A stretch of DNA of 64,000 nucleotides from Dicyema japonicum (lineage: Eukaryota > Animalia > Dicyemida), in contig RDEW01000026.1 of NCBI GenBank assembly GCA_011109175.1, forward strand, positions 451,695 to 515,694, read 5' to 3'. A program made the position numbers and the translations under genes. Numbering within the stretch: position 1 is the first letter of the stretch; each line of letters begins with the position of its first letter. Of this stretch, positions 53,965 through 64,000 are shown piece by piece. The notes below the pieces were generated by a model, which saw only the letters and a list, made by a program, of their open reading frames with translations, made no database searches and had not been told where the DNA came from.

Positions 53965-54469
53965 TAAATGTATTTAATTTCCCTTATTTTATTTGTTATC
54001 GAATCTGGATACCTGATAATATTAAACAGCCCTACATTCAATACAAAGACTCCCTACAGAGCGAATGACAGGAAATCGGTGTGAACATCTGACCACTTGG
54101 TTATGCCTCCTGAGATACGAGCTATTCAGAATTTCCCACACATAGTTGCAAGGTGACCGACAGTCTTCCTAGCTGAGTTACAATGTCCGCACTTAGTTTC
54201 TACGTCATCAAAACACAGGTTACGATCCTGAAGTAGACACAGTTTTCCTTCGGTTATGGGGGAGTGATTTCCATGCACTAGCTATCCGGAGGATTCACCA
54301 ATATTCACTTCTGTGTCTTTCAAACACTAAAATAAAATAGTGAAGCGGTTTCTTCTCAATTTTCCAAATAGATATTCAGACGTCTTCCAAATTTATTTTT
54401 TATTTTTAAGCCTTTTCACGATAGCCATAGTATTTATAGCTCCGCATAGGCAGGACACACACTTTATTT

Positions 54470-55330
54470 CTCTTGTACACCATTATTGCCCCCTCTAACT
54501 CCACCTTTGCCCTCCTCAACTCTTTGAGGTCAAATTTGGGAACACGGAGTTTACTAATTAGCCCCTTTACTATAGCAGGTGCTTTTCCTCTAACCCTCTC
54601 GCAACACTACTTATGTGCCCCTCCAGTACTTCCAGCTCAGTCTGTTAAGCAATCTTGGCACAGATCTGCTCCTCCATTTACTGGGTGGTCTGGGCTTGTC
54701 CGTCAATTCCTCATAGGTGATCTGTGGTGCATACAGCACTAGGGAGATGTCACCCAGTGACCCTACTGGCTTAGCCTCCACCGCATAAGCCACAGCCTTA
54801 TTGATGCAGGTTAACACTACACCGTTAACCTTACAATGAGGAATCTTGCAGGTAAATCTACGGTCCTCAAGTGGGACATCTGCCGCTGCAGCGAGATTCC
54901 GCTCGAAGACCTCATAAAATGCTTGAGCTGCAACGTATCACAGCTTCTGGTGCTCGTTGCTCTCTTTGACAGTTGTGGTCACCTGGTCCCCGCCCCTTTA
55001 GACCAGTACCCTCTATGCCTACAGCCATCTTCTTGAGTTCACTCACATATATAGCAGTACTGAATCTGCCACTGCAGAGCTCCGCCAAGTATGGCCAACC
55101 ATTCCAGGGCATTCGAGATAGCCTGCTACGTACCTGCAGGACTACCTGCCTCGCCCATTCTTTTGGGTCATCACCCACAACGCTCTCGGATATGGCAAGA
55201 ATTACATTCATATTATCAGGTAACGCAAGTGACCCTTCTCCTTTTTTCCTTTCAACATTTTTGCCAACTCGACAGAGTTTTAACGCCACCGAATCAAAAA
55301 CACGTTGCATGTTTAATATAAATGTTATAT
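54470..55330 (-). mobile_element. R4/Dong-type element 5' fragment
   Basis: Highly similar to 19030-19700 in reverse orientation. Confidence 0.8.
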
Positions 55331-55544
55331 AATATAAAAAAATATATAAATAATATAAGACTCGATTTTTTATCCGTTTTAAATTTTCATGACAATGAGC
55401 TCTTCGAAGAGCATCGCCTCCCTGACAAAAAAATCGCCAAATAGGGGCAATTCGCCCCTCTTTGAAAAACATTGAGCTAGACGAAAAAATATATAAACTG
55501 TTTAAACCGATCAAGTGTGTGGTGGAGGAAAGTATTATTGGTTT

Positions 55545-56850
55545 CATGGTGGGAATAAAGCAAGTTCATCGGGATTTGTAGAAACCCTCGCCATTGTGGG
55601 CGCGTAGACATTAATTATGGATATAAAGGAATTATCAGTCCTCCCACTCTTAATCTGGAGTACTGCTATTCTGTCATTCACCCTCCACACTCTGTGGATT
55701 CTCCCATCAAGACATTTATGTATAGCAAAGCCAAGTCCGTAGTGGTTGCATTCGAAGTCTAGTAGTATAAGTCTAAACTTTCCGTTATTCTTTTCAACTG
55801 CATCCTTCACTTTAGTCTCCTGTATACTGCATATAGTGACTTTATTTGAGTTAAGTCACTAATTTTTTTTGGTTGAGGTTGGTGATGCATTTCAAATTGC
55901 ACTAATGTTTTTTTACTCTTTTCAAACTCTCTGTTCACGCTTGCATCCTTCAACGTTCGAGGACTAAAGTCGTCAGTCAAAAGGAGGTCACTCTGCCAGG
56001 ATCTGAAACGATACAACATTACTATCTGCTCCCTACAAGAGACCAAAGTCAAAGAAGGACTTAACGAACAAAATACTGACTACGACCTTATCTTGCTTCC
56101 ATCGGACTGTCACCACTACGGAATGGGCTTTGCGGTGGATATCAGACGCCTGGAATATATAAAAAGAATATGGAAAATGAACGACAGAATTTGCGTAATT
56201 CAATTGGAAACTGGATCTAACTCTACAATTATAAATGTATATGCACCTACATCTCCAAAAGTCTCTAAAAACCCAACGGAACTGGATGACTTTTACAGTT
56301 CACTATCCACAACCCTTATGGAAATATCCACGAGCTATCTACTTTACATAAGTGGAGATTGGAACGCGAAGGTCGGAAAAGGGGCCCAAGAACTGAGCTT
56401 CATGGGTACCCGTGGGAGAGGTCGGAGGAACATGTCTGGAGCAACTATGGCCAACTTTGCGATTAGTAAACAATTATTCATTTGCAACACTATTATCCAG
56501 CTCGGAATTCAGAAATCCAGAGTATTCGGAACAAACAATTATACAATATGTTTGTAAAACCGGTTTTACTGTACAACTCTTCTACCTGGACACTCACAAT
56601 GTCTGAAATGGAAAGTCCGAACTCCTTTCATATAATGCAGCTCAGATACATTCTAAGAATTTCCTGACCAAAGCACATCTCAAACAAACACCTCTATTCC
56701 CATTACAATATCCACCCATTGGACGGAGAAATAAGAAGTAACAGATGGGACTTATTTGGTCACATCCTAAGAATGGACAGGAATACTCCCGCTAATCTCT
56801 CGATGGAACACCACTATGCTCCTCAACCGACATCGACTTTCCGGGGAAGA
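55545..56850. mobile_element. Two divergently oriented RTE-like AP endonuclease fragments
   Basis: HYG.GFA..RIAV..INVYAPT on both strands (55545-55810 minus; 55930-56850 plus with FNVRGL, LQETK, GDWNAKVG). Confidence 0.8.
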
Positions 56851-58537
56851 CCATGTTGAGAAAATGTCATCAAAGGATTGAAAGTCACTCCCAGAATAGT
56901 TGGATGAATCTGTAAAGGTAAAGAATCTCCATATATGCTTAAATCTAGTGTATATTTTTCTTTTCTGTTTGTGGTGAAGATAGTATACGTTGATTTATCC
57001 CTGGATATGGAGAGACGATTCAAATTCAACCAGGCTTACAGGACATTAATATGTGACTGAAGCTCTGATTTTGCCATATCCACGTATTTGTCCTGCTAGC
57101 GATAATTAAGTCGTCAGCATATGTGAGAAGCATTGAATCTGGTCCTCCAGGACAGGGTAAATCGTTTAGGAATAAATTGAATAGTGCCGGAGAGAGGGGC
57201 GATCCTTGAGGGACGTCATTTTGTAGAAGACGGGACCTCGATCTTGCATGGCCTATACAGACACGTCCTCTTTTCCGGAAAGAAAATTGGCTATCCATCT
57301 TTTCAAAGCCGGCTGAATGGTGGTGTCAAAAACTATTTTCGTGAGTAATGTTCTCGGGACTGAATCGAACGCCTTCTGGATGTCCAGGGAGACCAATATT
57401 GTCTGTAGATGGCGTTTTGGTTCATTGAACCCTTCTGATATAAATTGAGACAGTGAAGTCAAATGTGTCGTAGTTGAACACTCACAGTTGAAACCATGTT
57501 GAAAGTGGCAGTCGGGCAAATGGGGTTTAATTTTCCAGAGTACGAGTTTCTCCATTAGGCGCGATAATGCGCACGTCAATGAAATTAGACGGTAGGAAGA
57601 AGGTAAGTTTTCGTTTTCCTGGTTTTAAAAGGGGTATAATAGGTGAGTTCTTCCATTTGCATGGAATTACGTTCTTGTTAGAAGACAAATTAAAAATTGA
57701 CGTAATCGATTTGATTGCAACATTACCAAGGTGTTTTAGCAAAATTCCCGGAATACCGTCAGGACCACACTTTTCATCACACTTTTCATCGATCTTATAG
57801 CCTGTGTGACCTCGGCATGCGTAAATACATTGATCCACGAAGTTGGTTTAGGCATTAAATTCTGATGGTGACAAGAATGAAATTTTCTAGAAGTCCTTGT
57901 GACTTATAGATGCGTGTTATTTCATTAGGTTGCTAGCTTGTACAGTATTTGGAAAAGATTCTGATACATCTGATAAGATTAGCTTCGACGAATAGTTTTC
58001 CATAAAAGACTCGTGGATTTCATATTTCCAATAAATGATGATAGGCGGTTCCACGCCCAATCTTTCTTTTCTTTGATGAGTTTAGTTATTCTCTGATTTA
58101 AACATTTTATATTTTCCAAATCAGGAGTGGTTTGTTGGTGATTCATCTTCAGGGAGTTTCTCTGCTCGATGAGGTGACGAGTCTCCGAGTCCAGAGTAGG
58201 CTTATAAGATTTGCAAGGTACTCTTTGTAGAAAGTTTTGATTCCTGGATAAGGCAAATGTCAATCTTGTGCTTTGATAATAGACATCGTAACTCCAGAAT
58301 CTTTGTTTTTGTACCGTTAGCATTGAGTTGCATAATAACAAGGGGTTTTGGTCCAGGATTTTGTTCAATATCTCCAGAAAGCAATAGAATCCAGGGGAAC
58401 AAACAACATCTCGAGTTTCCAGTTAAATACCACCCAGGCATACGAGGAGTTTGGATGGGGAAGAGAAAATGGTTCTTTTTGGTGTTATTCGACACTGAGC
58501 GCCATCATAAAAGGTGAACCATATGACGCCACGCTAA
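56850..58537 (-). mobile_element. Vingi-type LINE, internally deleted and 3'-truncated
   Basis: LLLSGDIEQNPGP, MQLNANG, IQES, GPDGI, QHGF, VPQGSPLSP, TYADD, ILGVTF. Confidence 0.88.
58469..58530 (-). ncRNA. Pseudoknot RNA motif (HDV-like topology), copy 2
   Basis: GGCGTC/GGCGCT, ATGGTTC/GAACCAT, ACC/GAT (one mismatch), GTGT/ACAC, linker CAAAAA. Confidence 0.6.
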
Positions 58538-58705
58538 AATTTCAAAGTCATTATTAAATCCTCCATTTTATGTTTTTCTTTCAATCTTCGGACGTTGAAT
58601 GACGCCAGTGTGAAGAGACTCAATATATTATTATTATTATAAAATATAAATAATAATTACAAAATTATAAATTAATAAATTTGCCGCGTTTTCAGCTGTT
58701 ACCTG

Positions 58706-61624
58706 ATGGAATCAAAATTAACTTTAAGACCGCAAATTAGGAATATTAATAATAAAGTAATTAACCTTGACTATGTATATGGATCTTCCTCACCTGGGTC
58801 GTGTGTCATTGATTACTCTCCAATTCTTAACCTTGTTGCATACATTTCTGGGTTTATTTTCTTATTAATCAAAGGGGAATAATTATTCTGTGGTATTTGG
58901 AGACAAACCTTCAGTCTCACATCATCAATCACTCCCAAAAGACGTTTAATAGTCTCTGCCTCTCACCAAATGGCAAATATTTAGTCACTTGCGAAGTACT
59001 TAGTCTCTCATAGTTAGTCCGGTCATAAGCCGCTTGTGAGAATATGGGACGTAAAATTGGCTGTTCAAATTGACGAGTTTTCTGGTCATCGAGCCCTCTC
59101 CTCCGTTGTAAGTGGTTATATCTGAGCCCAGTCGTTTTCAGTGGACAGTGAGACCTTTGTATCTGTAGGTACTGAACATGATATGAACATATTTCAGTAC
59201 AACATAAGGGATGGACTCGTTGCTGCTAACAAAATAGCTGCCTCAGTTGAGTCAATCATAATTTAGGTGTCAAAGTGTATATTCAGTAAGGATGGAATGA
59301 ATGTAGTCACTGTCGGGTTAAGGCATGTCAAGTTCTGGCGTTCTGTACAAAAGAATGTAGTATTGTTGCTTATTGGTAGGACATCAGGTCAGAGTGGCTG
59401 TTTTAACTGGTACATCCCCAACTTTGGGAAAACTAAAGATCCACAACTTTTGTGACGCTGTGTCTTATCGTATTCACAACCAATGTCGCACTCTTTGTCT
59501 GTCAACTTCTGGAATTATATGTGAATTTGAATCCAGAGTGTTGTCTCGTACAGTCGACCTTAACGTAGTGATTTTTATGAGTTTAGTCAAATTGTGTGTG
59601 TCTAAGCCTGTGTGCGAACCTTGTTTTAGTAGGGTGTGACAGTTCTCTCAACATATATGACTGTGATGATTTGAATAAATGTAGTGAAATTCCAATGATA
59701 GAATAGTATTAATTGTTAATATTTAGTGATGATGTAAATTGTATAGGGATTGCCTCTCAATATACTCATAACATTGTAGCCAGTGTGTGGAATAATGGTA
59801 ATATTGTTGTGTGTGAAGTAACCCCACAACTCGACGGTCTAATTATATACGATAGACACTTCCACTACACATGTGTCTTTTCTCTACATGTATGTTGTTT
59901 GTTTATTTAGATTATTGATGATGCTATTATGTCCATATCTTCTGACGGCTGTGTTAAACGATGGATTATGGTATATCTTCTCTATATTATAGGATTATAA
60001 TTCCTCATTGGAGTGTACCTCTACTTCATATCTTTGTGATTCCTTGGGAGACACTCATTTTAGATGTTCTTGTGTTGACATAAACCACTCTGTTCTCTCA
60101 GTGGGAGACTCGTGTGGTTTTATTAGGTAAATATAATATTATTATTAAGAATATTTGATTTGTCATCTCTAAGTCCTATATGGGACACAAAGGCACACAA
60201 TGCTGAAGTAATGCAAATGGAATTGTGCTTTACCTCACTTTTGAGTAGTCTTTACATACATTGTAGGGGATTGTGAAATGCTAATATTAGCCACAGCCTC
60301 CAGAGATAGATTTGTTAAAATATTCGATTTGGATAGATTTGAATGTATATTAAAGTGGTCATTTCACTCCTCACCTATTACAATCTGTAAAATTAATCCA
60401 ATGTGGGATGAGTCTTCAAATGATTACTTCTTCTTTAGACAAATCAGTTTCACTGTCCTACATTAGAGTGGTTGTTATCAATATAAATGTAGAATGAGGA
60501 AGGATCTCTGTTTTGTGATGTCATCAATACATTAGCTGAGAGATTGTCTGTTCTTGATTTGGGTGTGTCTGTGAGTGCTGGTAAATTGGTTCTTGCAATG
60601 AATGATTCATACGCTCGGTTATTTGTTTATTTATGTGTAGAGTGTATATGCTAAACACAATTAGACATTCCTCTATTATTAAATTGGGGGATGATAATAT
60701 TATGTGTACTGCTGTTAGAATTGAAGGTAGTTTAGCTATATTTACGTCATCGAATGGTTATATTGTGGGATTTGACCTAATTACTGAGACTATCTTGTGG
60801 GCTAGTGTCACTTCTCTTAGTGGTTCTGCCTCATATTGTGATGCTGTTCTCCTATCCAATTCATTTTTGATATCCTCTACCCAATCTGGGGCACTATTCC
60901 TTTGGCGTCTCCCATTACAATGTGACATTGGTGGAATAAGAACAGTCTCTTCACAAAGATCTGCTTCATATGACATATATCTTGACCATAAGAATTTAAT
61001 GGTAGTTTTGTTATTATATTGTAGAGTAATCTGTCTTCCTCTGGTAGAGATTGTATTCTAGGAAGTGTTACAAGTTTATCTCTATTATATTTTAGATTTG
61101 GAGAGTTTTCATAAAAGTATGCTTACTGTAATATTCCTTTTATAATATTAGAGATCAAGTTCAGCCTCTTCACTCGTAGATGTCTCTCGAAAATGGTAAA
61201 ATTTGTTATTGACAGTAGCACTCAAATGTCCACTCCAAATAGACTAAGGAAGTTCAAAAGATGGTCATCCCCAGTGGATCCAGTCTTTATGTATTAGTGA
61301 CTTTTATTGTTAGTAAGCAATCTGATTGTTCTTGCGTCTCTACTGAGTATATAGATTCCACAGAGTATAGTTTATTTATATTTAGTATTACGTTTTACAC
61401 AGCAAAGGCATCGTTGAATGATGGTAGTCAACAAATCTTTGACGATAAACTGAATGATCTAGTCTACTCTACCAAATATATTACAAAGACACTCACAACT
61501 TTAGTTTAATAATAAATATAATATTTAGAGGAATTATGATTCACAAAATGACCAAATTATTAAAATAGAGAAAATATTAAGAATATGTAATGATATGATT
61601 GTTACTAGTTTAAATGATAAATAG
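58706..61624 (+). CDS. WDR62: WDR62/MAPKBP1-like WD40 protein (many tiny introns; 3' end inferred)
   Basis: SPNGKYLVTCE SGHKPLVRIWDV, VTVGLRHVKFW, AHNAEV, LATASRDR, HSSPIT. Confidence 0.85.
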
Positions 61625-61643
61625 TTTGTGTTGTCATAGTAAT

Positions 61644-62669
61644 ATGTCTGTTATTGGTGATAAGGAGGATGAATTTAGGTTGATAGGCTAGATTTACTGT
61701 AGGAGGCTCAATGAACAATTGGAAGCCAAAACATTAAAGCTCTTTGAAAAGGCTGATGAAATTATGGTTGATTATATAATTAAAATAGAAAAAACAAGAT
61801 GATTTGTTTACTGAGGATTATGATATACCAATTGTTGATGAAATATGTTATTCTCAGACTGATAGTCAATTAGGGAATATATCCAATGAAATAAATTTTG
61901 AAACAATTCTTTCAAATATTGGGGAGACTACATCTATTGGGGAAAGTTGGCTTACGTTATAACTCTCAAAGATGCTCAAATTAGAATTTTGAAATCAAAG
62001 GTGACTGTTCTTCAGGATGAAATAAAGAATATGGCGCAAGAAATGGGCCATAAGGTAGTTTGATGAATATTTTGCAGCACGAAGAATTAAGGAATTCAAA
62101 AAATCAAATTAAAGAACTAAAGGAAGAGATTGACAGAATTCAGAAGCAGTCGACGGCATATCAGCATCAATTAACAAAATACAAACAGTTGGGGGAGCAG
62201 TCAAAGGAGAAGGTTGATAAACTTCAATTTCAGCTATCAAAGACTATAAAAGTAGCGACAAAGATAAAATTTAGGATTTTGAAAGTCAACAAGGAGTCAA
62301 CAAATCACAACAGTCTAATTTGAAGACACTACAAGTCAGATTCAACAGAATGGCTGAAGAACTAGAAAAATGCAAGGAAGAGTTAAACCAATCACGGTGT
62401 TTGTCTAAGGTTTGGACGAAATAATATAATCAAGGATGTATCGGTAGAACAGAAGCAGCACATGGAGGACGTTATAGCTGAAAACAAATTGTTAAAAAAA
62501 CAGCAGCAAAATTTGCTGATGGCTTATTCTAAGCAAATTAGTCTTATTAGTAATTTGAAGAAACAAAAGGTTAATCATTTTAGATTATTCTTAGAATTTA
62601 ATTGAATTTACAAAAACTGTAAATTTATTTGAAGAAAGACTCTCTAAGGCCATGGACAACAATAGTTAA
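61644..62669 (+). CDS. TEX9: TEX9-like coiled-coil protein (multi-exon)
   Basis: RLNEQLEAKT, AQIRILKSKVTVLQDE, VRFNRMAEELEK, ENKLLKKQ..AYSKQISLISNLKKQK. Confidence 0.8.
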
Positions 62670-62729
62670 TATCACTTAAGGGTTTGCAAACAATTTAATA
62701 AAATTAAACAGACCATTATTTGTATTTAA

Positions 62730-64000
62730 ATCCCACTTTATTCAACCAACAATAAAAAAGTTAATATTTAATAATCAACAACCTTCCTCGCCAGCCTCCT
62801 CAGGCAGGTTCGATTCTGGTTGCTGAAACAACTCCGAGAGCGCCTTGTCCAATTGAACCCTCTGCCCATATGGCATCTCAGAGCTCTGCCTCCTATACTC
62901 CAGTGTCAGGCTCTCTAGGGTCCGCTTTAACACAGTGGACTGTAGATAGGCCTGGAGCTTCCTATCTACCCCAACTGCTTCAGATAACCCTTGTGGTACT
63001 TTGTTGCAATTCCTTCCCACGTCATTACTATAGGAATAACGAGGACTTGCATCTGCCCCATCTCGTTTGCAAGAAAGTCATACTTCCTTTTTTTCTCCAC
63101 CTCCACAGTCAGCAAACGGTCTTGAGACGTGATGGCAACCTCTATGATAAGGACTTGGCCAGACTCCTTATCATGTACCACAATGTCCGGTTTATTGTGC
63201 TTGACTAGCACCGAGCTACGGATAACACTGTCTACCTTAATTTGGACCCTGGTGTTCTCTACTACAGATTGCATCTTATGAGTCCGCAACTTTCTGGTGT
63301 GGCGAATACCATACTTATTGCATAGTAGAAGATGAAGACTCTTTACTACTTCGTTATGCCTGTACATATAGTCGTGGCAGAGCATGGATCCACATCGAGT
63401 GGCTAAATGATCAACCGACATGCTCTTTGACTTACAATGAGGACATGTATTTGTTGATCGATCCCAAAAAATATTGCGATCTTGCATATACGTGTACAGC
63501 GCCTCCGATCGAGGTGAGTTGTCACCGTATTTTAGCCATATTGTCGACGACTTAAGGTCGACATGTGGGTTGTCCAATGCTCTGAAGAGGACCTTATGAA
63601 GGCTTTTTAAGTTGATCTTTTCCATCAAATTATTATATTGTAATTCGATCAACGCCTTCACATTTACTAGCCCACCATCATCAACACCATACTTAGCAGA
63701 CAAAAAAGGTCTGATAGTGCCTAGGTGGGTTGCCAGTGTTTTCTCGGTCGTTATTATGGCGTGCTTCCTAGCAGACACACTTGACCCAGCTATCAGGATG
63801 TCGTGCATTCGCATTAGGACACGCTCACTTAGTTGGAATACTCCACACAGTCCACGGCCGAATTTATCACGGGGTAAATATAGTCTCTCCTTATTGGCTG
63901 CCAGCACATGGACATGGTTCTCTCTGAGTACTCCACGGATCATAACATCCATCTCATGACTCCATGTTTATGCTCTACAATCATACTTCTTAATGTTTTC
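62730..64000 (-). mobile_element. R4/Dong-type retrotransposon 3' half (runs off window)
   Basis: 328-aa ORF: ERLYLPR..GRGL, CPHC..DHLATRC, RHNEVV, KPDI, IIEV, EKKRKY; 3' UTR shared with 21690-21730. Confidence 0.92.

Overview
AT-rich metazoan genomic DNA made of small islands of compact host genes in a matrix of decayed transposons (well over half of the window). Host genes are gamma-tubulin, PP2A B56, a MAN1/LEM2-type MSC protein, VPS4, MCM6, an ADAMTS-like protease, AASDHPPT, MRPL13, Orai, WDR62/MAPKBP1, TEX9 and one unknown tail-anchored protein. They are split by 21-26 nt GT-AG introns and some are only 19-51 bp apart, which best fits a highly reduced parasitic animal such as a dicyemid (inference). 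Mobile elements include Ingi/Vingi-type, CRE-type, R4/Dong-type, RTE and Jockey/CR1-type LINEs, two tRNA-headed SINE families, Buster-type hAT and Tigger/pogo DNA transposons, and a MITE. The most notable signal is a ~63-nt RNA motif near the 5' end of three divergent Vingi-type elements. It has HDV-ribozyme-like pseudoknot topology and compensatory base changes but a non-canonical core, and two of the copies pair it with a 2A StopGo peptide. Other highlights are a circularly permuted SINE concatemer and an Orai channel with Glu at the G98 hinge. Coordinates of degraded elements are approximate, and at least one essential gene shows an indel, so some frameshifts may be assembly errors.
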